This document shows, piece by piece, positions 18,908 through 28,118 of a stretch of 57,642 nucleotides of DNA. The notes under the pieces were generated by a model. It was not told the origin of the DNA. It saw nothing but the letters and a program-made list of their open reading frames with translations, and did not search any database. How positions within the stretch are numbered: position 1 is the first letter of the stretch; every line of letters begins with the position of its first letter. Source of the stretch: an uncultured Candidatus Saccharibacteria bacterium. Lineage in GTDB: Bacteria; Patescibacteriota; Minisyncoccia; Portnoybacterales; UBA2143. Both the position numbers and the translations under genes were made by a program. The DNA lies in contig CAZQLH010000004.1 in assembly GCA_964594155.1 (NCBI GenBank), forward strand, positions 1 to 57,642. Direction: 5' to 3'.

Positions 18908-19330
18908 ATGGCTCAGCAAGATCAATATAAGAAATTTATTAGAAAAATGCTTGGTTCAAAAACTTTTCTTTTTTTGATTTTTATAATCTTAATCATTTTA
19001 ACAATTAATCTTGTTCAAGAAAGCTATCACAAGTATCAATTAAAAAAAGAGATTAGCGGATTAAAATTAGAAATTGAGCGATTAGAGGGCAGTAAAGAAC
19101 AATTATCTAATTTAATGGAGTATTTTAAAAATGATTCTTATTTAGAAAAAGAAGCCAGAGTCAAGCTTAATTTAAAAAAACCGGGTGAAAAAGTAGTTAT
19201 TTTATCCCGTGATTCTGTAGTTGATGATAGTGTTCTAGAAAAGCAGGAAGAAACAGAAGCTGAATCAGAAGATATTAATATAAAAACAGCTAATTATTGG
19301 AAATGGTGGGAATACTTTTTTAAACCTTAA
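18908..19330 (+). CDS. Septum formation initiator (FtsB/DivIC family)
   Basis: N-terminal TM, coiled coil, then YLEKEARVKLNLKKPGE. Confidence 0.85.
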   Translation: MAQQDQYKKFIRKMLGSKTFLFLIFIILIILTINLVQESYHKYQLKKEISGLKLEIERLEGSKEQLSNLMEYFKNDSYLEKEARVKLNLKKPGEKVVILSRDSVVDDSVLEKQEETEAESEDINIKTANYWKWWEYFFKP

Positions 19331-19362
19331 GTAAAATTAGTATAACAAAAGAGGTTAAGGTA

Positions 19363-19397
19363 TTGACAACAATGTTATTGTCTAATATAATAGACAT
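19363..19397 (+). promoter_or_regulatory. Consensus sigma70 promoter with overlapping inverted repeats (putative TA operator)
   Basis: TTGACA, 17 bp, TATAAT; GACAA-N8-TTGTC (19365-19382) and TGTCTA-N6-TAGACA (19379-19396). Confidence 0.75.
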
Positions 19398-19973
19398 ATG
19401 TTTAATAAAATAGACAATAAAATAAAACAGGTCTTTATTTCATCAGGCGAGCAAAAAATTCTTGAAGTTTTGTCTTTTGTTGATGAGTGGAAAACAGCTA
19501 AAGAAATTAAAAAAAAGACTAAATTATCAAGAGCAGCTATTCATTTAATTTTGGATAAGTTGTTTAAATTAAATTTACTTGAACGGGATCAAAAGGGAAA
19601 AACCTATCTTTATAAGATTAATTCAAGTTTTCCTTTTTTTTGCGCTTTAAAACAGTTTAAAATTTTAGATAATTTAATTAGTTTTTTTCCTTTATTTAAG
19701 AAAATAATTTCTAAAAGCCAAAAAATTGTTTTATTTGGCAGTGTTGGTCGCGGGGAAGATTTTAAGGATAGCGATATTGATCTTTTTATTATTACGCACA
19801 ATGTTAAGGAAGTTAAAAAAATAATTGAAAAATATAGTACTAATAGAAAAATACAGGCAATTATTCGCAGGCCGATGGATTATATTAAACTAGAGCAAAC
19901 AGATCCTGTTTTTTACAATGAAATTAATTCAGGAATTATTGTTTGGGAAAAAGAAGATCATTATGCAGAATAA
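19398..19973 (+). CDS. wHTH plus minimal nucleotidyltransferase (MNT antitoxin)
   Basis: N-terminal HTH (TAKEIKKKTKLSRAAIHLIL) and LFGSVGRGED..DSDIDL (GSx10DxD). Confidence 0.85.
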   Translation: MFNKIDNKIKQVFISSGEQKILEVLSFVDEWKTAKEIKKKTKLSRAAIHLILDKLFKLNLLERDQKGKTYLYKINSSFPFFCALKQFKILDNLISFFPLFKKIISKSQKIVLFGSVGRGEDFKDSDIDLFIITHNVKEVKKIIEKYSTNRKIQAIIRRPMDYIKLEQTDPVFYNEINSGIIVWEKEDHYAE

Positions 19974-20397
19974 ATTTAAAAAATGCTTAGAATATAGAAA
20001 GATTGTGCGTTTTAATCGCGGACCAAATTTAGTTTCTAAAGAGCTTAAATTATCTTTAGATGATTTAAATTCTGCTAAAGATATTTATAAAAGGGGAAAT
20101 TACAAATGGACAACAGTTCATGCGTATTATTCAATGTTTCATGCTGGGAGAAGTTTGTTATATATAAAAAGATATCGCGAGAAAAGCCATTATTGTTTAA
20201 TTGAAGCTATTAGAGAATTATATGTTAAAGAAAAAGAATTAAGTTTTGTTTTTATAGAAAACATACAAAAAGCTAAAAGCTTAAGAGAAGAAGCAGATTA
20301 TTATGGCGAATATAAGAAATCAATGGCTAAGGATTTAATTAAAAAAGCTGAAGAATTTTTAAATGAAGCAAAGAAAATAATCAAAAATAAAAAATGA
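19963..20397 (+). CDS. HEPN domain protein (toxin partner)
   Basis: YYSMFHAGRSLL, REKSH and LREEADY; overlaps the MNT stop. Start moved to ATG 19963. Confidence 0.85.
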   Translation: MQNKFKKCLEYRKIVRFNRGPNLVSKELKLSLDDLNSAKDIYKRGNYKWTTVHAYYSMFHAGRSLLYIKRYREKSHYCLIEAIRELYVKEKELSFVFIENIQKAKSLREEADYYGEYKKSMAKDLIKKAEEFLNEAKKIIKNKK

Positions 20398-22130
20398 AAC
20401 CCAAAACAAAACAATGTCAAAACTGTAAAATCAAGTTCACTATTGAACCTGAAGATTTTGAATTTTATAAGAAGATAGATGTGCCTGAGCCGACTTGGTG
20501 TCCTGATTGCCGGATAATTAGAAGAATGAGCTTTAAAAATGAACGTTCTTTTTATCGAAGAAAATGTGATTTATGTAATAAATCAATAATAGCTATTTAT
20601 TCTCAAGACGCTCCATTTCCAGTTTATTGTCCTTCGTGTTGGTGGTCTGACAAATGGGATGCTATGGATTATGGAAAAGATTATGATTTTAATAAGCCAT
20701 TTTTTACACAATTTAAGGAATTGTTTAATACAGTACCTCGGATTAATTTATTGACAGATTATTTAAGGAGTGTAAATAGTGAATATTCTAATTATTCTGG
20801 TCCGTTAAAAAATTGTTATTTAATCATACAAGCTGAAGAGAATGAAGATTGTTCTTATTCTTCAATGATAACTCATTCACAAGATTCAATAGATTGTTTA
20901 AAGGTGACGCAGGTTCAAAGGGCTTACGAATTATTTAATTGTGAAAGTTGCTATAATACTTTTTTCTCTTCAAATTGTTTTAACTGTTCCGATGTCTATT
21001 TTTCAAAGAATTTAAATAATTGTACTAGTTGCTTTGGCTGTAATAATTTAAGGCATAAAAAATATCATATTTTTAACAAAGCTGTTTCTAAAGATGAATA
21101 TAAGGAGTTTATTAGTAGTTTTCAAAAAGGTTCTTATAAAGAAATTGAAAAGAATAAAAAAGAATCTTCAATTTTTCATTTAAAATTTCCAAATAAATAT
21201 TTTGAAGGGTTTCATAATAATAATGTCTTGGGTAATTATATCACGGCTAGCAAAAATGTTTTTAATTCTTTTGAAATTACTGGAGGAGAAGATTTGAAGT
21301 ATTGTTTTCAGTTACATATGCCAACCAGTAAGGATTGTTATGATTATGGTGATTGGGGGAATAATGCATCTTTGGTTTATGATTCTATAAATTGCGGTGA
21401 AGGTATAAATAATGTTAAATTTTCTTTTGGTGCCTGGATTGGTAGAAATTGGGAATATTGTGATACGGTTGTTTCATCTAATTATATTTTTGGAAGTATT
21501 GCAACGCGTAAGGAAAAATATTGTATTCTTAATAAGCAATATTCTAAAGAAGAATATGGAAAAATGGTAGCAAAGATCAAACAACATATGAATGAGATGC
21601 CATACACAGATAAACAAGGAAGAACATACAAATATGGAGAGTTCTTTCCAGTTGAACTATCTCCATTTGCATACAATGAAACAATAGATAATGAATACTT
21701 TCCTTTAACTAAAGAACAAGCAATAAAACAAGGTTATACATGGTATGACAAGCCTAAACCAGAATACCAAGCGACCATTAAAGCATTTAATCTACCAGAT
21801 CATATCAAAGATATAGATAATAAGATATTAAAAGAAGTCATAGAATGTAGTTCATCTAATTGCGCAGGATCTACAGTATATCGTATAATTCCTAACGAAC
21901 TTAAATTTTATCAGAAACAAAACATTCCTTTGCCTAGACTATGCCCTGATTGCAGACATAGAGAAAGAATTAAACAAAGAAATCCAATGAAGTTATGGAA
22001 AAGGCAGTGTATGAACCCGTCAGTCGACGGGTCAAGATCCAGGTGTAAGACAATATTTCAAACAACATACGCTCCAGATAGAAAAGAGATTGTTTATTGT
22101 GAGAAGTGCTATAACAAGGAGGTAGGGTAA
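20394..22130 (+). CDS. CPR-type cysteine-rich multi-CxxC protein of unknown function
   Basis: CQNC, CPDC, CDLC, CPSC, a Cys/Ser/Tyr repeat-rich middle, and C-terminal CPDCRH and YCEKCY. Confidence 0.7.
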   Translation: MKPKTKQCQNCKIKFTIEPEDFEFYKKIDVPEPTWCPDCRIIRRMSFKNERSFYRRKCDLCNKSIIAIYSQDAPFPVYCPSCWWSDKWDAMDYGKDYDFNKPFFTQFKELFNTVPRINLLTDYLRSVNSEYSNYSGPLKNCYLIIQAEENEDCSYSSMITHSQDSIDCLKVTQVQRAYELFNCESCYNTFFSSNCFNCSDVYFSKNLNNCTSCFGCNNLRHKKYHIFNKAVSKDEYKEFISSFQKGSYKEIEKNKKESSIFHLKFPNKYFEGFHNNNVLGNYITASKNVFNSFEITGGEDLKYCFQLHMPTSKDCYDYGDWGNNASLVYDSINCGEGINNVKFSFGAWIGRNWEYCDTVVSSNYIFGSIATRKEKYCILNKQYSKEEYGKMVAKIKQHMNEMPYTDKQGRTYKYGEFFPVELSPFAYNETIDNEYFPLTKEQAIKQGYTWYDKPKPEYQATIKAFNLPDHIKDIDNKILKEVIECSSSNCAGSTVYRIIPNELKFYQKQNIPLPRLCPDCRHRERIKQRNPMKLWKRQCMNPSVDGSRSRCKTIFQTTYAPDRKEIVYCEKCYNKEVG

Positions 22131-22136
22131 AATTAA

Positions 22137-22209
22137 GCCCATGTAGCTCAGTTGGCAGAGCAACACACTCGTAACGTGTAGGCCGTCAGTTCGATTCTGA
22201 CCTTGGGCT
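22137..22209 (+). tRNA. tRNA-Thr(CGT)
   Basis: Acceptor GCCCATG/CTTGGGC, D-arm TAGCTCAGTTGG, anticodon loop CTCGTAA, T-loop GTTCGAT; CCA not encoded. Confidence 0.92.
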
Positions 22210-22238
22210 CATTTACACAAATTAAAAAGAATGTTAAA

Positions 22239-23006
22239 ATGACTAAAAATAGAGATCTAACAAAAGAATTAAAAGGCAAGTATGATAAAAGAAATGCCAT
22301 TATTTCTATTTATGCTGGCGCTGGAGGAACAGATGCTCAAGATTGGGTAGAAATGCTTTTGCAAATGTATCTTAAATACATTCAAAAGAAAGAATGGAAG
22401 CATAAGATTCTTCAAATTAAACCAGGCAAAGAAGCTGGTTTAAAAAACGTTACTTTGATTGTTGAAAAACCTTATTCCTACGGCTATTTAAAGAATGAAT
22501 CAGGCGTTCATCGCTTAGTCCGGCTATCTCCTTTTAACGCTAACAATCTTAGGCATACTTCCTTTGCTTTAGTTGAAATTCTGCCTGAATTTGATGATTT
22601 AAAGGAAATAGATATTAAGCAGGATGATTTAAGGATTGAAGCTTATCGGGCAAGCGGTCCAGGAGGCCAGTATGTTAATAAGACGGATTCAGCTGTCAGA
22701 ATAACTCATTTGCCAACTGGCTTAGTTGCTGCCTGCCAAAGCGAACGCTTGCAGGGAGAAAACAAGAAAAGAGCAATGAAACTATTATACAGCAAGCTTT
22801 ATCAATACAAATTAAAAGATAGAGAAAAAGAAATAGGGGAATTAAGAGGACAGCCAACAGCTGTTGAATGGGGAAGTCAAATCCGTTCTTATGTTCTTCA
22901 TCCTTATCAAATGGTTAAAGACCATAGAACAGGAATTAAATCAGGCGATCCTGAATCAGTGCTTAATGGCAAATTAGATAAATTTATAACAGCAGAAATT
23001 AAATGA
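22239..23006 (+). CDS. prfB: Peptide chain release factor 2, lacking the N-terminal domain (255 aa)
   Basis: AGAGGTDAQDW, ESGVHRLVRLSPF (RF2 SPF), GPGGQYVN and WGSQIRSY; prfB-ftsE-ftsX synteny. Confidence 0.9.
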   Translation: MTKNRDLTKELKGKYDKRNAIISIYAGAGGTDAQDWVEMLLQMYLKYIQKKEWKHKILQIKPGKEAGLKNVTLIVEKPYSYGYLKNESGVHRLVRLSPFNANNLRHTSFALVEILPEFDDLKEIDIKQDDLRIEAYRASGPGGQYVNKTDSAVRITHLPTGLVAACQSERLQGENKKRAMKLLYSKLYQYKLKDREKEIGELRGQPTAVEWGSQIRSYVLHPYQMVKDHRTGIKSGDPESVLNGKLDKFITAEIK

Positions 23007-23686
23007 TAACCTTTAAAAAAGTATCAAAAATATATCCTCCTGATTGCCAGGCATTAGGCAATGTTGATTTATTAATAAAAGACGGAGAATTTGTCTCCAT
23101 TGCCGGGCGTTCAGGAGCTGGAAAATCAACTTTAATAAAGCTTTTAATCAGAGAAGAACTGCCAACTAAAGGCCGGATTTTCTGGAAAGAGCAGGATATT
23201 GGAATTCTTGAAAGCAAGGATATTCCTTTATGGCGTCGTCAAATCGGAATGATTTTTCAAGATTTTAGATTGCTTCCCAATAAGACAGCTTATGAAAATA
23301 TTGCTTTTGCCATGGAAGCAGGAGATCGTACAGATGAGGATATCAATAAGGATGTTCCTCAGCTTTTGAAATTGGTTAGTTTAACAGAAAGAGTAGGTCA
23401 TTTTCCTGACCAGCTTTCTGGCGGAGAACAGCAAAGAGTGGCTATTGCCAGAGCCTTAGCTCATAGGCCAAAAGTTTTAGTGGCTGATGAGCCAACTGGT
23501 AATTTAGATTTGCTTAATACCTGGGAAATTATTCGTCTTTTAATGAAAATCAATGAATTAGGAACTGTTGTTATTCTATCAACCCATGATAAGGATATTA
23601 TTAATGGAATAGATAAAAGAGTTGTTACTTTGGAAAAAGGCAAAATCATTAAAGACGATCCTAATGGAAAATATATTCTATTTTAA
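23003..23686 (+). CDS. ftsE: Cell division ATP-binding protein
   Basis: GRSGAGKS, FQDFRLLP.KT.YEN, LSGGEQQR and ADEPTGNLD; upstream of ftsX. Confidence 0.9.
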   Translation: MITFKKVSKIYPPDCQALGNVDLLIKDGEFVSIAGRSGAGKSTLIKLLIREELPTKGRIFWKEQDIGILESKDIPLWRRQIGMIFQDFRLLPNKTAYENIAFAMEAGDRTDEDINKDVPQLLKLVSLTERVGHFPDQLSGGEQQRVAIARALAHRPKVLVADEPTGNLDLLNTWEIIRLLMKINELGTVVILSTHDKDIINGIDKRVVTLEKGKIIKDDPNGKYILF

Positions 23687-23689
23687 TTT

Positions 23690-24598
23690 ATGCTTACAAC
23701 TGTAATTCGCGTTATTAAATCTGGTTGGTTGAACTTTTGGAGGAACAAGTGGCTTTCTACAGCTGCTATTTCAATAATGAGTTTAACTATTTTTAGCATT
23801 ACTAGTTTGATATTAGTAAATGTTTTAGTTAATTCTTTAACAGCTAATCTTGAAGATAAGATTGATATTAGCGTGTATTTCAAACTAGGAACTTCTGAAA
23901 AACAGATTTTGGATATTAGGAGTGAATTAGTTAAATTAAATGAAGTTCGCAGCGTTGAATATGTTTCCACTAAAGAAGCTTTAAAAAGATTTAAGGAAAA
24001 GCATAAGGATAATGAAGTTTTAATGCAGAGTTTAGGCGAATTAGATTCTAATCCTTTAGAATCCAGTTTAAGCATTAAAGCTCAAGAAACATCGCAATAC
24101 GAATCTATTGTTGAATTCTTTAATCAAGGAGATTATTTAGAAATTATTGATAAGATTAATTACTTGGAGAATAAGATTGTTATTACTAAATTAGCGTCTA
24201 TTGTCAGGGTTACTCGCCAAGTTGGTTCAATTGTTTTATTGGTTTTAATCATTATGGCTATTTTAGTGGCTTTTAATACTATTCGGTTGACGATTTACAG
24301 CTCCCGCAAGGAAATTAAGGTTATGAAATTAGTTGGAGCTAGTAATTGGTTTGCCCGAGGCCCTTTTGTAATTGAAGGAATAATCTATGGATTAATTGCC
24401 GCTCTTCTTGCTTTAATTATTTTATATCCTTTTATTTGGTATCTTTCTCCAAAAATTACTTCTTATTTGCCTGGAACTGATCTCTTTTATTTCTTCCAGA
24501 CAAATCTAATCTCGCTTTTCCTGCTTCAAATAGCAATTGGCATTGCTTTAGGATCAATTAGCAGTATTATTGCGATTAGAAGATATTTGGATGTTTAA
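23690..24598 (+). CDS. ftsX: Cell division permease
   Basis: 4 TM with extracellular domain; NTIRLTIYSSRKEIKVMKLVGAS.WF...PF.IEG. Confidence 0.9.
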   Translation: MLTTVIRVIKSGWLNFWRNKWLSTAAISIMSLTIFSITSLILVNVLVNSLTANLEDKIDISVYFKLGTSEKQILDIRSELVKLNEVRSVEYVSTKEALKRFKEKHKDNEVLMQSLGELDSNPLESSLSIKAQETSQYESIVEFFNQGDYLEIIDKINYLENKIVITKLASIVRVTRQVGSIVLLVLIIMAILVAFNTIRLTIYSSRKEIKVMKLVGASNWFARGPFVIEGIIYGLIAALLALIILYPFIWYLSPKITSYLPGTDLFYFFQTNLISLFLLQIAIGIALGSISSIIAIRRYLDV

Positions 24599-24599
24599 T

Positions 24600-24670
24600 T
24601 GCCGGGTCATCTAATGGTAGGATGCATCTCTCTGGAAGATGTCATCTAGGTTCGAGTCCTAGCCCGGCAG
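24600..24670 (+). tRNA. tRNA-Gln(CTG)
   Basis: Acceptor TGCCGGG/CCCGGCA, anticodon stem CATCT/AGATG with loop CTCTGGA, T-loop GTTCGAG. Confidence 0.92.
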
Positions 24671-24713
24671 CTAGTGTTAGCACTGGTTCGAGTGACCGTG
24701 GTGTCTCAAATAC

Positions 24714-25571
24714 ATGGTCAGTTTAAATAAAACAAAAATATTTCGATTTCATCCTTTAATTCGAAATAGGTTAATCTCTCGCGAAAGTAGTACAGTCGAA
24801 TTTAAAGAATCCTTTAATTGGTCTTCTAAGGATAAGTACGCAAAAACAATGTCTGCTTTTGCAAATAATAAAGGAGGAGTTCTTGTCTTTGGTGTAAGAA
24901 ATAATCCTCGTGAATTAGTTGGAATACAAGGCGCAAATTTTGAAAATATAGATGAGGCAAAGATTACAGAATATTTAAATAGCGTTTTTGTTCCTGAAAT
25001 ACAATTCGAAAAATATACAGATACGATACGAAGAAAACAAGTTGGTATTTTGAAAATTCATCCGTCGATCAAAAAACCAGTAATTTCTATCAAAAACGAT
25101 AGGGTTTTGAAGGAATCGGAAATTTACTATAGATATATAGCACGGAGCGAGAAGATTAAATATCCGGAACTTCAATCAATATTGGAGGAAGAGAAGGAAA
25201 AAATTGAAGAAAAATGGCGAAATCTTTTGAATAATCTTGGGAGAATTTCTGATATCGGGCAGGTAACAATGTTAAATGAGGATTCTGGTCAGCCAATGAG
25301 AATTACCGATGACCCGAATGCTCCAGTGGTCAGGATAGAAGAGGATCCAACAATTGGCGGATTTATTTTGCGATATCGAGATATCACCATTGAAATGCAT
25401 AAGAGATCAAAGTCTTTTAAACAAAATGATAAATTTCATAAATTGATGCGTAAGTTAAAAAAGAAAGAAGAGTTATGTCGTATTCGGTTTTTATATCCAA
25501 ACAATCCAGATAGCACAAAAGCTCAATTTTTTCATCCTAAGATACTCGATGAACTAGAGAAACATTATTAA
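24714..25571 (+). CDS. Schlafen/AlbA_2 domain protein with uncharacterised C-terminal domain
   Basis: ESSTVEFKES...SAFANNKGGVLVFGV AlbA_2 signature. Confidence 0.8.
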   Translation: MVSLNKTKIFRFHPLIRNRLISRESSTVEFKESFNWSSKDKYAKTMSAFANNKGGVLVFGVRNNPRELVGIQGANFENIDEAKITEYLNSVFVPEIQFEKYTDTIRRKQVGILKIHPSIKKPVISIKNDRVLKESEIYYRYIARSEKIKYPELQSILEEEKEKIEEKWRNLLNNLGRISDIGQVTMLNEDSGQPMRITDDPNAPVVRIEEDPTIGGFILRYRDITIEMHKRSKSFKQNDKFHKLMRKLKKKEELCRIRFLYPNNPDSTKAQFFHPKILDELEKHY

Positions 25572-25640
25572 ATAAATCAATATTAAATAAATCAATTTAG
25601 CTGGCTGGTTTTATTTTTATAAAACTATTTGAAATAGACT

Positions 25641-26495
25641 TTGATAATAATGAGAAGAATAAAATCACATACATTGGAAAAACTAAAATATTTCGAGAAA
25701 TATATAGAAGCTTATTTATTTGCAACTAAAAGGCTTTCTAAAAAGTATTATATTGATGCATTTGCTGGTACAGGAAAGTGTATATTTTGCGAAGAAGATT
25801 ATTGTAATTCAAAAGGAGGTTCTAGGTGTGAAAAATGTGGAAGCGGTAATTATATCGATGGGTCAGGATTAATAGCCTTAAAAGCTAAAAATAGATTTAG
25901 TGGTTACCTTTTAATAGAAGAAAACAAGAGCAATTTCATTTCTTTAAAGAAATCTATTGAGAGGGAAATGCCATATGACTTTTTTAAAGGTATTATTTTA
26001 AAGAACGATGACTGTAACAAAGTTTTATTAAATTTAAATAAACATATTGATTTCGATAAATATACAGGTTTTTTTGTTTTTTTAGATCCAGAATCATCAG
26101 AATTATCTTGGGATACTATAAAGTGTTTGTCAAAAATAGAAAAAATAGATTTGATGATATTGTATCCTTATAATATGTCATTGGTGAGATTAATAAGGGA
26201 TTATTCTAGAAGATTAGATAATTTTTATGGAACAAACGAATGGGAAAAGATTTATAAAAATAGGATCAGTCCAAATGATGCAAAAATAAAATTATTAAAC
26301 TTTTATAGAGATAATCTTAAAAAATTAGATTTTAAATACGTTGAGTATAGACAGATAAAAAGAAGCCTTAGGAGTGGTAAACCACTTTACCATCTGATGT
26401 TAGCTACTCGGAATGACACTGCTAAAAAAATAATGATTGATATCTTTGATAAAGAATTAGATGGTCAACAAAAAATAAAACTGCCCGAAAATTAA
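25641..26495 (+). CDS. TcmP-like (three-Cys-motif partner) SAM-binding methylase-fold protein
   Basis: HTLEKL..FEKY, YIDAFAGTG, NDDCN, FVFLDP, L.WDTI..L, IDLMI, FYGTNEW and PLYHLMLAT; adjacent to a radical SAM gene. Confidence 0.75.
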   Translation: MIIMRRIKSHTLEKLKYFEKYIEAYLFATKRLSKKYYIDAFAGTGKCIFCEEDYCNSKGGSRCEKCGSGNYIDGSGLIALKAKNRFSGYLLIEENKSNFISLKKSIEREMPYDFFKGIILKNDDCNKVLLNLNKHIDFDKYTGFFVFLDPESSELSWDTIKCLSKIEKIDLMILYPYNMSLVRLIRDYSRRLDNFYGTNEWEKIYKNRISPNDAKIKLLNFYRDNLKKLDFKYVEYRQIKRSLRSGKPLYHLMLATRNDTAKKIMIDIFDKELDGQQKIKLPEN

Positions 26496-26540
26496 AATTT
26501 ATTTAGATTGATATAAATAGTATAATTATTAAGGGTTAAA

Positions 26541-27380
26541 ATGAGAACTATAAAACGAAAGTCTTTACTATACAAAAGTGATGTCGAATACGCTAGTTAT
26601 GCTTTAAATCATGTTGAAGGTTGTTCCCATGGATGTCTTTATCCGTGTTATGCAATGATGATGAAAAAAAGATATGGTAGAGTGAAAAATTATCAAGATT
26701 GGATAAAACCAAGAATAGTTTTTAATACTTTAGAGTTATTAGACAAGGAATTGCCGAGATTGAAAAATAAAATTAATTATGTATTTTTGTGTTTTACAAC
26801 TGATCCTTTTATGTATCAAATGAAAGAAGTTCAAGAATTAAGTTTAAAGGTGATAAAAAGATTAAATAAGAACAATATTAAAGTTGTTTCTATAAGTAAA
26901 GGAGTATATCCGAAGGAACTTGCTAAAAAAAGTATTTATGGAGAAAATAACGAATATGGAAATACAGTTATTTCTTTATCTGAAAATTTTAAGAAAAAAT
27001 ACGAGCCATTTGCCGCTCCTATCAAGAAAAGAATTAAATCATTGAGAAAATTGCATGATAGTGGGTTAAAAACATGGGTTAGTATTGAGCCATATCCTAC
27101 GCCGAATATTATTAAACAAAATATTGAAGAAATTTTAAAAGAAGTTTCTTTTGTTGATAAAATAGTTTTTGGAAAATGGAATTACAATACGATTATCGGT
27201 TCTTTTGCAGGATATAAAAAATTTTATGATGAAACTGCTAAATATGTGATTGATTTTTGCGAAAAAAGAGGAATCAAAGCGCATATAAAAGAAGGTACAA
27301 TGATATCAAGAAAAAACAATGAGGCTTTTTGCCCTCGGTTTACAGAAAACTTGCGACAAGAATATTTTTTTATTAAATAA
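26541..27380 (+). CDS. Radical SAM protein (SPL-like family) with Cx3Cx3C motif
   Basis: NHVEGCSHGCLYPCYA, FTTDPF, ISKG, YEP.AAP...R...L..LH and TWVSIEP. Confidence 0.8.
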   Translation: MRTIKRKSLLYKSDVEYASYALNHVEGCSHGCLYPCYAMMMKKRYGRVKNYQDWIKPRIVFNTLELLDKELPRLKNKINYVFLCFTTDPFMYQMKEVQELSLKVIKRLNKNNIKVVSISKGVYPKELAKKSIYGENNEYGNTVISLSENFKKKYEPFAAPIKKRIKSLRKLHDSGLKTWVSIEPYPTPNIIKQNIEEILKEVSFVDKIVFGKWNYNTIIGSFAGYKKFYDETAKYVIDFCEKRGIKAHIKEGTMISRKNNEAFCPRFTENLRQEYFFIK

Positions 27381-27388
27381 AAAAATAC

Positions 27389-28114
27389 ATGAAACAACAC
27401 GAAGTAGTTATAAAAACAATGGAAGAAAACGGAGGTTTTGCAACGCTTGGTTTTTTAAATCAAAATGTTAATGTTTCTAATTGGAAAACAAAAACGCCGT
27501 TTGCAAGTATTAGGCGTATTGTTCAAGATGATAGATTTTTCTTTAAAATAAGACCTGGTCTTTGGGCTTTAAAAACTTATAAGGATAAATTGTCTGAAAA
27601 CATTTTTCCAACAGAGAAAATTTCTAAAGCAAAACAAGAAGAATTTAATCATTCATATTATCAAGGACTGCTTGTAGAAATAGGTAATCTTAAAAAACAA
27701 GAAACATTTGTTCCATATCAAGATAAAAATAAAAAATATTTAGGAAAAAATTTATCCGAAGTAACAACTATTGAAAAGTTTTATAATTTCACTTATGAAG
27801 ATTTACTAAGAAGCGCAATAACAATTGATGTTACTTGGTTTAATAAAAGAAAAATACCGTCTAATTTTTTTGAAGTAGAACATTCTACGGATATTAAAAA
27901 TTCTCTTGGCAAATTTGTTCAATTACAAGATTTTCATACAAAATTTTATATTGTAGCTGATATTGCCAGAAAAAGAGAATATGAAGATAAATTAAATTTA
28001 AGCATGTTTAATTCTGTTCAAGATAGAGTCAATTTTATTGATTATGAAAGTTTATCTATTTGGCATACAAAAAGTTTTGAAATATACAAGTTAGAAAATA
28101 ATTTTAAATTATAA
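27389..28114 (+). CDS. HTH plus PD-(D/E)xK restriction-endonuclease-like protein
   Basis: N-terminal W.TKTPFASIRRIVQ...F.KIRPGLWAL (HARE-HTH-like); C-terminal IDVTWF...FEVEHSTD...L.KF resembles a nuclease active site. Confidence 0.6.
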   Translation: MKQHEVVIKTMEENGGFATLGFLNQNVNVSNWKTKTPFASIRRIVQDDRFFFKIRPGLWALKTYKDKLSENIFPTEKISKAKQEEFNHSYYQGLLVEIGNLKKQETFVPYQDKNKKYLGKNLSEVTTIEKFYNFTYEDLLRSAITIDVTWFNKRKIPSNFFEVEHSTDIKNSLGKFVQLQDFHTKFYIVADIARKREYEDKLNLSMFNSVQDRVNFIDYESLSIWHTKSFEIYKLENNFKL

Positions 28115-28118
28115 AAAA

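Noticed and set aside
22131-22238. Upstream exon or programmed frameshift for prfB
   Set aside because: The space is taken by tRNA-Thr; no CTTTGA site or RF2 N-terminal sequence. The TTG start at 22203 overlaps the tRNA.
25567-25596. 15-bp tandem duplication ATTAAATAAATCAAT at the AlbA_2 stop
   Set aside because: Real, but AT-rich and consistent with simple slippage; no further support as an insertion scar.
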